A stretch of 37,070 nucleotides of DNA from the NCBI GenBank assembly GCA_041694885.1, contig JBGFRX010000027.1, positions 1 to 37,070 of the forward strand, given 5' to 3'. Shown here piece by piece: positions 8,911 through 17,731 of the stretch (its first letter is position 1; every line of letters starts with the position of its first letter). The stretch comes from Candidatus Micrarchaeota archaeon (lineage in GTDB: Archaea; Micrarchaeota; Micrarchaeia; Anstonellales; Bilamarchaeaceae). The notes below the pieces were generated by a model, which was given only the letters and a program-made list of their open reading frames with translations, made no database searches and had not been told where the DNA came from. Both the position numbers and the translations under genes were made by a program.

Positions 8911-11900
8911 ATGAAAGAACCCGAACCTGATCTGTCCAAGTATTATTTCAAAACGCCCGGCAAGCCGCTCCTGCGCCTACCTAAGGGAATTTCCGAAAAA
9001 ACAGTAAAGGAAATCTCAGCCGAAAAGGGCGAGCCGGACTGGATGCTCAGGAAGCGGCTGGATGCCTACAACTTTTTCGTCCGCCTTCCGATGCCCAAAT
9101 TCGGTCCGGACCTTTCTCATCTGAATTTTGATGAAATTACCTATTACATAAAGCCGAGCGAACAAAAAGCAAGGAGATGGGAGGACGTCCCGCAGCACAT
9201 CAGGGACACGTTCGAAAAATTGGGGGTCCCTGAATCCGAGCGCAAATTCCTGGCAGGAGTGGAGGCGATGTTCGAGAGCGAGGCAGTATACCAGGGTTTG
9301 AGGAAGGAATGGGAGGAAAAAGGCATAATCTTCACTGATACCGATACCGCGGTAAGGGAATATCCTGAAATCCTGAAAAAACATTTCGGAACCGTAGTGA
9401 CCCCTGCTGACAACAAGTTCTCAGCGCTCAACACCGCCGTATGGAGCGGAGGGAGCTTCCTCGTAATCCCGAAAGGCGTGAAGCTGGAAATCCCGGTACA
9501 GGCATATTTCCGCATAAACGCGAAAGCTTTCGGACAGTTTGAAAGGACGATGATAATATGCGAGCCGGGAAGCAAGGTGCATTATACAGAAGGATGTTTT
9601 TTGAAAGGCACGCCTATAATGACCGCCGAGGGAGAAAAAAATATCGAAGATATCACGAAAGGGGACACCGTCTTTTCGCACCTTTGTCGCCATTGTCCCG
9701 TGCACCATACGCAGGTCAGGAAATATTCCGGAAAGATATACACGATTCACTATTACGGAGATAGTTCCGAGCATGTCTCCGCAACGCAAGAACACCCCTT
9801 CCTAGCAGTCAAACGGGAAATTTCGGAATATAAGAACAAGGATTGGAAGCAGGAATGGATTGCGGCAAAAGACCTGCGCAAATTTGATTATCTGTCTATT
9901 CCTATCAATAGAACAATTGTCAGTAAGAACTTCCGGACCTTTGAAGTTGAGATTGGTCGAGGGCGCCATGGTTTCATAACCAAAACTGTCAAAATCAGGA
10001 CCGATCAGGATTTTTTCCGTTTGATTGGCTATTACCTTGCAAAAGGTTCTTCAGTAAACGATCACTATCTTGTATTCACATTCAATAAAAACGAAATGGC
10101 TTACCTTCGGGATGTTAAGCAACTGCTCTGCAAATACTTCTCAAAAGCGCCTCTCGAAGCTTCAGAATACAAGGGTGGCATCTCGGTTGTGCTATGTTCG
10201 ACAATCGCATCCCGCCTCTTCAGGTCATTGTTCGGTAAGAGAGCGGACGGTAAAACACTGCCCAAATGGGTTTTACAGGAATCTCCTTCAAAACAGAGTG
10301 AGCTTGTCAAGGGTTATTGGAGGGGAGACGGAAGTTTCATGCACAAGAAATATCTATGGGGGCTCAAAAGAGCATTCAGAATCAATACTATTTCACGATC
10401 CCTTGTCAAACAAATCCGGAGCATTCTCCTGCGCCTTGACGTGTTCCCATCGTTGAACGTGTGGAAGCGTTCCAAACCTCGTCATGATGCGTACTGCCTT
10501 TTCATAGGCGGTGAGTTTCTCGACCAGTTTTCAAAAATTGTGGGCCTTTCAGGTTCGGCAAACAAATACGTTGCACGAGTGCAGAGAAAGCATTTCCAAG
10601 GAAAAACATCGTTCGCCAAGATCACCCGAGAGTATGCATTTGTACCTATACGCCGCATCACTACCAGTAGTCATCGCAATACGGACGTATACAATTTCGG
10701 TGTCGAAGGAGACGAATCATATGTTGCAGGTGGCGTAGCAGTACACAACTGCACCGCGCCCATCTATTCCGAGGCATCGCTTCATGCGGCAGTTGTGGAA
10801 TGCATCGCGAAAAAAAATTCCCATCTGCGCTACACAACAATCCAGAACTGGAGCACCAATATCTACAATCTCGTCACGAAAAGGGCATTCGCGTACGAAA
10901 ACGCGCTCGTGGAATGGGTGGATGGAAATATCGGATGCTTGGCTGGAGACACAAATATCCTTTCAGCGTCAAAAGGAAAAATCCTCATGCAGGAGCTTAA
11001 AAAAGGCGACGACATATTCTGCCTCGATCCTGATGAATTCAGAATAAAAAAATGCGTTATTACTGCTTTTGCCAGTAATGGGAAAAAAAATGTATATGAA
11101 CTGCATGTTGGTGGAAGGAAAATCGTTGCCACTGCCAACCATCCATTTATGGCGCTCACAAAACACAGAATTGCAGACGCGGGGCACATAAAATACTCTG
11201 TTTCATGGAAGCAATTGGGCGAAATAAGGAAAGGAGATTATGTGGCATATGTGAAATCCGTCCCTGATTTAGGGAAACCATTCGAAATAAATTTCAAATC
11301 AAAATACGAAAAAAACAAAGTTGGAATAACACTGCCTGAAAAAACAAACGCCGACTTCATGTGGCTCCTGGGTTTTTACCTGGGCGATGGTTACATCTGG
11401 CGACCGAAAAATAAAAAGAGCGCCCAGGTCTACTTCGCAGCGCCGACAGCTGACAAATCAAGAAGTCGCCTTATCGAAGTTCTGAAGCTCCAGCTGAACG
11501 CAAACCTCTCCCTTAAGGAAAAAGTCGTAGTTCTTTCATCGCTTGCATTTGCACAATTGATCGAACATCTCGGCTTGAGCGGTAATGCCCATACAAAAAG
11601 AGTTCCGGCATGGGTATATACGCTGCCAGTTTCGCAGCGTTTGGCTTTTATCGAAGGCTACCTTGATGCAGATGGTTCGGTTTCGACGCAGCACAAACAG
11701 ATAATATTTACAAGCTGCAATAAGCCGCTTCTTGAAGACTTCCAGCTTTTGGCTGTTTCATGCGGGCTGACAGTATATGGGATACGAACCTATTCTGAAA
11801 AAAGAAAACTGCTGGAAAGATACGAAGGCTGCTACACGTATCACCAGTTTTGTTTGTCCAAAGGCGATCTTCAACAGATCCGCAGCAGAATCGCATGTGC

Positions 11901-12543
11901 TGAGCCATCGATCGAGTTTGGCCATGTAACCAGAATAGAGGATGCCGGCACAAGAGAAGTGTACGATATAGAAGTCAACGGCGCGCACAACTTCGTCGCC
12001 AATGGCATAATCGTCCATAACAGCGGAATAAACATGAAATACCCCTCAGTATATCTGAAGGACAAAAACGCGCGCGCAGAATTCCTTTCAATTGCCTATG
12101 CGGGAAAAGGGCAGTACCAGGATGCAGGAGCGCGCGCAATCCACGAGGCAGAAAACACCACCAGTATTATCAATAGCAAGAACATAGCCAAAAACGGCGG
12201 AATCGCTTCCTTCAGGGGCACGGTCCACTTCGGCAAAAAAGCGAAAAACGCGAAAAGCAGCGTGAAATGCGACGCCCTTCTGCTGGATTCGCTTTCCAAA
12301 AACATCACTCATCCCCTTCTCCAGTCGTCGCATGAAAAATCCACGCTCACACACGAGGCAAAAGTGGGGAAAATAAGCGAGGCGCAGGTGTTCTATCTCA
12401 TGAGCCGCGGCCTTTCCGAAAGCGAGGCAACCTCGCTGATAGTCCTCGGATTCATGGAGCAGTTCATAAAAGAACTCCCCCTTGAATATGCGGTGGAGTT
12501 CAACCGGCTCGTGCAGCTGGAGATTGAAAAAAAGTTGGGATGA
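8911..12543 (+). CDS. sufB: Fe-S cluster assembly protein SufB precursor containing two inteins (mature ~463 aa)
   Basis: EPDWML, DNKFSALNTAVWSGGSF, GQFERT, EG|CTAP, YTTIQNWS, NIG|SGINMKYPS, CDALLLD, HEAKVGKI, FYLMSRGL, ELPLEYAVE. Confidence 0.96.
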   Translation: MKEPEPDLSKYYFKTPGKPLLRLPKGISEKTVKEISAEKGEPDWMLRKRLDAYNFFVRLPMPKFGPDLSHLNFDEITYYIKPSEQKARRWEDVPQHIRDTFEKLGVPESERKFLAGVEAMFESEAVYQGLRKEWEEKGIIFTDTDTAVREYPEILKKHFGTVVTPADNKFSALNTAVWSGGSFLVIPKGVKLEIPVQAYFRINAKAFGQFERTMIICEPGSKVHYTEGCFLKGTPIMTAEGEKNIEDITKGDTVFSHLCRHCPVHHTQVRKYSGKIYTIHYYGDSSEHVSATQEHPFLAVKREISEYKNKDWKQEWIAAKDLRKFDYLSIPINRTIVSKNFRTFEVEIGRGRHGFITKTVKIRTDQDFFRLIGYYLAKGSSVNDHYLVFTFNKNEMAYLRDVKQLLCKYFSKAPLEASEYKGGISVVLCSTIASRLFRSLFGKRADGKTLPKWVLQESPSKQSELVKGYWRGDGSFMHKKYLWGLKRAFRINTISRSLVKQIRSILLRLDVFPSLNVWKRSKPRHDAYCLFIGGEFLDQFSKIVGLSGSANKYVARVQRKHFQGKTSFAKITREYAFVPIRRITTSSHRNTDVYNFGVEGDESYVAGGVAVHNCTAPIYSEASLHAAVVECIAKKNSHLRYTTIQNWSTNIYNLVTKRAFAYENALVEWVDGNIGCLAGDTNILSASKGKILMQELKKGDDIFCLDPDEFRIKKCVITAFASNGKKNVYELHVGGRKIVATANHPFMALTKHRIADAGHIKYSVSWKQLGEIRKGDYVAYVKSVPDLGKPFEINFKSKYEKNKVGITLPEKTNADFMWLLGFYLGDGYIWRPKNKKSAQVYFAAPTADKSRSRLIEVLKLQLNANLSLKEKVVVLSSLAFAQLIEHLGLSGNAHTKRVPAWVYTLPVSQRLAFIEGYLDADGSVSTQHKQIIFTSCNKPLLEDFQLLAVSCGLTVYGIRTYSEKRKLLERYEGCYTYHQFCLSKGDLQQIRSRIACAEPSIEFGHVTRIEDAGTREVYDIEVNGAHNFVANGIIVHNSGINMKYPSVYLKDKNARAEFLSIAYAGKGQYQDAGARAIHEAENTTSIINSKNIAKNGGIASFRGTVHFGKKAKNAKSSVKCDALLLDSLSKNITHPLLQSSHEKSTLTHEAKVGKISEAQVFYLMSRGLSESEATSLIVLGFMEQFIKELPLEYAVEFNRLVQLEIEKKLG
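9595..10749 (+). mobile_element. SufB intein 1 (385 aa) with LAGLIDADG endonuclease domain
   Basis: Starts CFLKGTPIM, block B ATQEHPF, ends VAGGVAVHN followed by Cys (CTAP); endonuclease motifs LIGYYLAKG and VKGYWRGDG. Confidence 0.93.
10936..12021 (+). mobile_element. SufB intein 2 (362 aa) with LAGLIDADG endonuclease domain
   Basis: Starts CLAGDTNIL, block B ATANHPF, ends FVANGIIVHN followed by Ser; motifs LLGFYLGDG and IEGYLDADG. Confidence 0.93.
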
Positions 12544-13178
12544 CAATGGAATTCTTCAAAACAAAAGGGAGCAAGGCCAATTTTTCAGACAACACACTGG
12601 AAGTGAGCGGCCCGGCAGCAGTGCTGTTCGTGCATGAAAACGAAAAAATGGAAAAGAAAATAGCGCTGGGTAGAGGCGTTGCCCTGGAAATTTTTTCCGT
12701 CTATTCCAAAAACGCCAAGATAAAAAATTCCTTCTCTCTTTCGGAAAATTGCCAGCTGGAAATCCACGACGTGTTTTTCGGGAACGTTGGCGTGGAAAAC
12801 ACGCTTCCGCTGGAAAGCAAAGGGTGTACTCTTAACCTGGTTGCAAAAGGAACAGTCGGGAAGAACGAGTCCGCGAATTACGCGGCTCTTGCCTCAATAA
12901 GCAAAAACGCAGTCAACTCAGAAGTAAATCTCGAGGAGCACGCCTACCTTCTGGAAAAAGGCGCAAAGGCGGACCTCATTCCCGGGCTGGAGATAAGCAA
13001 CAGCGAAGTGAATGCGAAGCATGCCTCGACGCTCAGGGAAATAGACGGGGAGCAGCTTTTTTACATGATGAGCCGCGGCCTGCCGGGAAAAAAAGCAAGG
13101 GAAGAGATAGTCCGCGGTTTTCTTTCCCATGAATTGGAAAAGATAAAGAACCAGTTCGGCTACGAGGTGCGAACATGA
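12540..13178 (+). CDS. sufD: Short SufD-like Fe-S assembly protein
   Basis: IPGLEI, AKHAST, IDGEQLFYMMSRGL, IVRGFL; only 212 aa (C-terminal beta-helix part); overlaps sufB stop. Confidence 0.8.
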   Translation: MTMEFFKTKGSKANFSDNTLEVSGPAAVLFVHENEKMEKKIALGRGVALEIFSVYSKNAKIKNSFSLSENCQLEIHDVFFGNVGVENTLPLESKGCTLNLVAKGTVGKNESANYAALASISKNAVNSEVNLEEHAYLLEKGAKADLIPGLEISNSEVNAKHASTLREIDGEQLFYMMSRGLPGKKAREEIVRGFLSHELEKIKNQFGYEVRT

Positions 13179-13543
13179 AGTTCCTCGTTTTTGGAAACCC
13201 ACTCGTGAAAGAGGATTCCATTGCCCTCCAGGTTGCGCAAAAGCTGAGAGGCAAATTCGAGTTCAGGATAATTGATGCGGCAGAAGACATGGAGCAAGAA
13301 GGCAAAAATCTGGTCATATTAGACGCTGCAGAAGGAATAGAGAAGGTAACGCTGCTGGATGGCATTGGGATGCTGGAAACAGGAAAAATTTATTCCATGC
13401 ACGATTTCGATATCGCGCTAATGCTCAAGCTGCTGAAAAAGATAGGAAAAATGGAAAGCGTGAAGATAATCGCGATTCCGAAAAACTACGGATTGGAAAA
13501 AGCTGCGGATGAAGCGGAAACACTGTTGGCATCTATTCAGTAG
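13175..13543 (+). CDS. [NiFe]-hydrogenase maturation endopeptidase (HycI/HybD family)
   Basis: VFGNPLVKEDSIA, LVILDAA, SMHDFD; near a large subunit with a C-terminal tail. Confidence 0.8.
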   Translation: MKFLVFGNPLVKEDSIALQVAQKLRGKFEFRIIDAAEDMEQEGKNLVILDAAEGIEKVTLLDGIGMLETGKIYSMHDFDIALMLKLLKKIGKMESVKIIAIPKNYGLEKAADEAETLLASIQ

Positions 13544-13889
13544 ATTCCTTGCCTTCCATATCCTTGAGAACCTCGCTTATCCCTTTTTTGAGCTGCGGGA
13601 TATTTATTTTGACAGTATCCCAAATAACCCGCAAATCGACGCTGAAATACTGGTGCGCAATAACGTTCCGCAACCCTATTGCATATTTCCATTCGACATT
13701 TTTGTGCTCCTTTACGACGCTTTCCGGCACATTCCTTGTCGCCTCTCCGATTATTTCCAGGCGTCGCATTACCGCATCCTGCATTTCGCTGTCATCCGCA
13801 AAGTCCTGGAACGTTTTTCCTGCAATGTAATTCTCAATCATTTCGATCGAGTGGAGAATGTGCCTGAGAAATGGTTTAGGATCCTTCAT
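13533..13889 (-). CDS. HepT/DUF86-type HEPN ribonuclease toxin
   Basis: DAVMRRLEIIGEA, GLRNVIAHQYF (Rx4H). Confidence 0.9.
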   Translation of the reverse strand: MKDPKPFLRHILHSIEMIENYIAGKTFQDFADDSEMQDAVMRRLEIIGEATRNVPESVVKEHKNVEWKYAIGLRNVIAHQYFSVDLRVIWDTVKINIPQLKKGISEVLKDMEGKESTE

Positions 13890-14164
13890 ATTATCATTTT
13901 CATGTTCTTGATTATGTAGGGTCTTAGCAGTTTGTCTATCGAACGGAAGCTCACTAGGTCAACATCTTTCCTCAGGGCGTTTTCCAGCTCGTCCTTTACC
14001 TCTACTACGTTAAAAAGCGTGAAGCGCGATGGCGGATCGAACAGTATATCCACATCGCTCGTTTTCCTTCCCTCCCCTCTCGCGAAACTGCCGAAAATAG
14101 CAGCCCTGCGTATCCTGTGCCTGAGGAGTATCCTCCTTATTTTCCCGATCATCCGTTTGTCCAT
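13886..14164 (-). CDS. MntA-type minimal nucleotidyltransferase antitoxin
   Basis: IFGSFARGEGRKTSDVDIL, ELENALRKDVDLV; ATGA overlap with the HEPN gene. Confidence 0.9.
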   Translation of the reverse strand: MDKRMIGKIRRILLRHRIRRAAIFGSFARGEGRKTSDVDILFDPPSRFTLFNVVEVKDELENALRKDVDLVSFRSIDKLLRPYIIKNMKMII

Positions 14165-14238
14165 TGTTTTTTTACCGCCGGACGGCAATTTAAACCTTTG
14201 CAATAAATCAAATCCACAAAAAAGAAAACCAGCCAGAG

Positions 14239-15531
14239 TTATTTCCACCTGACTTTAAGAAAATGAGTCGCGCAGCTCATGCATGGGTCATATGCCCTTA
14301 TGAGCATTTCCATCTCCTTCCTTATCGCCTCCTTTTCCATTCTTTCGTCGAGCCGCTCCTGGACGAGGTGGCCCAGGTCCCTTTCCATTTTCACCTGGTT
14401 CTGCGCAGTGGGAATAACCAGGTTCGCGTACTCAATCATTCCATTGTTGTCGGTCATTAATTTGTAATAGAGGAGGCCGCGGGGCGCTTCCACCACTCCT
14501 ATGCCAACGCCCTTTTTTATCTCCGCCTTTTTTACCGGCTCGGCTTTGAGCTCGAGTGTTTCGAGCATCTCGATCGATGCGTCAATTTCGTGGATTATCT
14601 CTATCGCCTGAGCCAGGTTATTGTCGAAAACGTTCAGCGAAGGGAACTTGGCAAGATATTTGCCAGCATCCTTTTTCGTTTGCCGGTGCAGGCCTTTTCG
14701 GTTGTAATTCATCCGGGCGAGCGCGCCAACCATGTACGGCCTGCCCTCGTATCTAAAGCCCCTTGCCTGCGAATAAGGAATCACGATGTGCTCCAGGTAA
14801 TGATCGAACGCCACTTTGAGTATGCACTCGCCGTCGTCACCGCATATTTCCCCCACAACATAGTCGTAATCGTCGTTCGATAGCGCGACGAAGCTCGAAT
14901 CCGATTCCAGCCTGAATCCGGATTCGTAAAAAATTCCGACGAATTCGAGCGCGGATTCCCTGGCCTTTTTCAATTCAGTCACCGTTGCCTTCACCTGCTC
15001 CCAGGATGGCGTTTTGAGGAATCCGCCTACGAGTGGAAGCGGAGAATGCACCGCCCTCCCGCCTATTATGGTTGCGAGCGCGTTCCCCGCACTTTTGATT
15101 TCGAATGCCTTCTCTATCAGCATGTGCTGACTCTCGTCCAAATCGAGTATGGAGTCCTTGCCCAAGTAATCCGGCAAGCAGAAGAGGAAGAGGTGCATCG
15201 CATGGTCGCGTATGTGCGTTCCGTGCATGAGCAGCTTTCTCATGTTTATCGTTTGTTCGCTTGGTTCGAGTTCGAACACATTCTCCACCGCATTTATTGA
15301 CGCAAGAAGATGGGCTGCGCTGCACGTTCCGCATATCCTCGAAACCGTCTGCGGGACAGCGAGCGCGTGCTTCCCCATTACCGCTTCGGTGAAGAACCTC
15401 TTGTTTTCGTCTATCACGAGCCGCGCGTCTATGACTTCGCCCCTATTCACCTTCACCTCGAGCTCTGCATGGCCTTCGATTTTGCTCAGGTTCTCCACTC
15501 CTATCGTGAAGTCAAGGTCGACGTTGTGCAT
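14239..15531 (-). CDS. [NiFe]-hydrogenase large subunit, group 3b-like (430 aa)
   Basis: KIEGH, L1 RICGTCSAAH, GGRAVH, YMVGALAR, VEAPRG, IPTAQN, L2 RAYDPCMSCATH plus tail FLKVRWK; start ATG 15531. Confidence 0.93.
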   Translation of the reverse strand: MHNVDLDFTIGVENLSKIEGHAELEVKVNRGEVIDARLVIDENKRFFTEAVMGKHALAVPQTVSRICGTCSAAHLLASINAVENVFELEPSEQTINMRKLLMHGTHIRDHAMHLFLFCLPDYLGKDSILDLDESQHMLIEKAFEIKSAGNALATIIGGRAVHSPLPLVGGFLKTPSWEQVKATVTELKKARESALEFVGIFYESGFRLESDSSFVALSNDDYDYVVGEICGDDGECILKVAFDHYLEHIVIPYSQARGFRYEGRPYMVGALARMNYNRKGLHRQTKKDAGKYLAKFPSLNVFDNNLAQAIEIIHEIDASIEMLETLELKAEPVKKAEIKKGVGIGVVEAPRGLLYYKLMTDNNGMIEYANLVIPTAQNQVKMERDLGHLVQERLDERMEKEAIRKEMEMLIRAYDPCMSCATHFLKVRWK

Positions 15532-15589
15532 CAAATGACCATCTGACCGTTTCCATTCCTGTGTTTCGGGTTTTGAATTTGTTTTTGCA

Positions 15590-16066
15590 TCATTTGACCC
15601 CGAACTCCTCCATATACCTTTCGAGCAAATCCACGAACGTTTTCTCGTCCATGGGACAGCCCGGCACATCCGCGTCCACTTGCACGAATTTCTTCACCGG
15701 CTCGACCTTCTCGCTGAGCCCGTGAAGTTTCAGGAACGGCCTTATCCGCTTCATCTGCGCTTCGGAGAAGGAATTCCTTTGTCCTGCAGGCAGGCCTGTA
15801 ATCGCGCACGCGCCCACTGCGACCAATTTTTTGCAGTTCATCCTTATCTTCGCGAGTCGTTCCGCCTCCTTTTTGCTGCTTATTGCCCCCTCTATAAATG
15901 CAATATCCAAATCCTTCATGTCGTTTTTGGATTTCAGTATTCGCATATACGCGAAATCCAGTTTCTCCTTCCACGCGAAGAAATGCCTGTTGAGGAGTTC
16001 GACAAATACGATGGTGCTGTCCTCTGAGCAGGTGAATATGAACCATCCGACCCTGAGTTTCCGCAT
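15590..16066 (-). CDS. [NiFe]-hydrogenase small subunit, truncated single-domain form
   Basis: FTCSEDS, DIAFIEGAI, VAVGACAITG, VPGCP; immediately upstream of the large subunit. Confidence 0.88.
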   Translation of the reverse strand: MRKLRVGWFIFTCSEDSTIVFVELLNRHFFAWKEKLDFAYMRILKSKNDMKDLDIAFIEGAISSKKEAERLAKIRMNCKKLVAVGACAITGLPAGQRNSFSEAQMKRIRPFLKLHGLSEKVEPVKKFVQVDADVPGCPMDEKTFVDLLERYMEEFGVK

Positions 16067-16112
16067 GCAATCTACTCTGTTGAATAATTCTTTAAAACCC
16101 TAAGCTCGAATT

Positions 16113-16374
16113 GTAAGAGTTCAGGATTTTCCCATCTCATTAATTTCTCGAGTTAAGACGTTCCTCAGCGATTCCATGTAATTTCCGCCTTTTTGGCGCG
16201 TAGTCGCGAACAGCGAGGCCTGCATGGCATAGCTCGCCATGTTATCCGCGCTCCTGCTCTGCTGGCTTATCTTCCTTTTGACTGCAACATGCCTTTCGGT
16301 CGCGCTCGAAACCGGAAACTCGGAACAAGAAACCACGCTACTGAACGTGATGCAGGGTAATTATAAACTCTTAC
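16113..16374 (-). mobile_element. IS66-derived internally deleted mini-element (262 bp)
   Basis: Terminal inverted repeats GTAAGAGTT (16113-16121) / AACTCTTAC (16366-16374), imperfect to ~20 bp; inside, ERHVAVKRKISQQSRS...YAMQASLFATTRQKG resembles the IS66 TnpC C-terminus; no target duplication. Confidence 0.75.
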
Positions 16375-16713
16375 CTAGACCCGTAGCATTTCTTTCATTA
16401 CTGCACTAATGCTTGTTATATCTTCGATGTCGAGTTCACCGAGCCTTTTAATAAGTCGTTTTTTGTCAATCGAAATAACCTGGAAAACCATTGCCAGACT
16501 CTCTTCACTTAAGCCATTCTTTGGACTTGGTGAGATCAAATATGTATGCGGAAACTTACTGCATTCTTTAGTAGTTGTACACGGTATTGCAATGGCCATT
16601 TTTACATGATCCAAATCACGCCATATTATTCCTGGCCTACTGCCTTTTTGTTCGTGCCCTCTAGAGCCGCTCAAATCGATATTCCAAATTTCAGCCCTAT
16701 AAGGTCCAGTCAT
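16375..16713 (-). CDS. PemK/MazF family toxin
   Basis: RAEIWNIDL, GHEQKGSRPGII, IPCTT, NGL, QVISIDKKRL. Confidence 0.9.
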   Translation of the reverse strand: MTGPYRAEIWNIDLSGSRGHEQKGSRPGIIWRDLDHVKMAIAIPCTTTKECSKFPHTYLISPSPKNGLSEESLAMVFQVISIDKKRLIKRLGELDIEDITSISAVMKEMLRV

Positions 16714-16717
16714 TACA

Positions 16718-17254
16718 TCACACCTGGCTTTGATCAGATATGCTTGCATCTTGCCAATCGCTGAACTCAGATTTCATTTTTTCAATATCCTTTTTAGATG
16801 GTTTGAATAACAGTTGTTTTGCTTTTGATACGCCTATTGCTATGCGCCCCTCGGAGTAAAATGATTTAAGTTTTTTTAGTTTGATAATGGCCTGTTTTTC
16901 ATCATTCTCAGGTTCTCTAATCAAAAATGCGTAAGTGGATATTATTTCCAGTAAAGTTGGCTCAAGGTTATTGCTTATTTCTGAAAATACGTTGAGTTTT
17001 TTCTTTTCTTCTTCATTTGGAGTATAATTGGTTTTTAGAGCATTAACTCCTGCTTTGTTGGAATACAAATCATTAGTCAGGTTCGGAGAGTACGGCCCAC
17101 GAACATTTAATGAGAAATTATATCCGGCATTTAGCCCCATCATTTCGAGCAAACAAACTGTTTTTTGAATAACCAATCTGTCTTGAAATTTATCTACATC
17201 TGGCTTAAACCCCAATTCTCTTAGGTATCCCAACACTTTTCTTAGCTCGCCCAT
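16718..17254 (-). CDS. YwgA/SocA(Panacea)-like protein, putative antitoxin
   Basis: FQDRLVIQKTVCLL...YNFSLNVRGPYSPNL, LLEIIST; 4 nt upstream of mazF. Confidence 0.55.
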   Translation of the reverse strand: MGELRKVLGYLRELGFKPDVDKFQDRLVIQKTVCLLEMMGLNAGYNFSLNVRGPYSPNLTNDLYSNKAGVNALKTNYTPNEEEKKKLNVFSEISNNLEPTLLEIISTYAFLIREPENDEKQAIIKLKKLKSFYSEGRIAIGVSKAKQLLFKPSKKDIEKMKSEFSDWQDASISDQSQV

Positions 17255-17258
17255 CTAA

Positions 17259-17579
17259 TCACCAGTCTAGAACTTTCTTGAACCATGAACGTAACGCTTC
17301 AAGATTTTCCTTTCCTTCTTTTGTTATAGCATACGAAGTCATCTTCTTTTTCTCTACAGTAATATCTTTGCCTTTTATGTACCCCATTTCTTCTAATGCG
17401 TTTAAATTAGAAAATAGTATTCCATCTTCCAAATCCAAACCTGCCTTTAATTCACGATAGCTCGAGCCATCATCTCCTAGATCTTCAAGAGACACAAGAA
17501 TCAATATTCGAGGAAGAGAAAAAACCTTGGAGTTCAAAGCCTTAGCTTCAACCACCAAACCAATAATATTGTCCCTCAT
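17259..17579 (-). CDS. Winged helix-turn-helix transcriptional regulator
   Basis: PRILILVSL, SYRELKAGLDLEDGILFSNLNALEEMGYI, YAITKEGK; first gene of a three-gene operon. Confidence 0.8.
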   Translation of the reverse strand: MRDNIIGLVVEAKALNSKVFSLPRILILVSLEDLGDDGSSYRELKAGLDLEDGILFSNLNALEEMGYIKGKDITVEKKKMTSYAITKEGKENLEALRSWFKKVLDW

Positions 17580-17731
17580 AATTGATTCTGGAGAATTAGA
17601 TTTAAATAACTTACTTTTCAATATACTTTTAGTTTTTAAGTTACTCTGTTGAATAGCAACAACATACAATGCAATCGTTTGTCAGGCAAATCTTTTAAGC
17701 AGTTACAACCAACATAGTGCTGGGTGCGCCA

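Noticed and set aside
14239..15669. ORF-track N-terminal extension of the large subunit (likewise for rps4, hydG, atpA, atpB, mntA)
   Set aside because: Extensions overlap upstream genes or promoters; downstream ATGs match family N-termini and SD/TATA spacing
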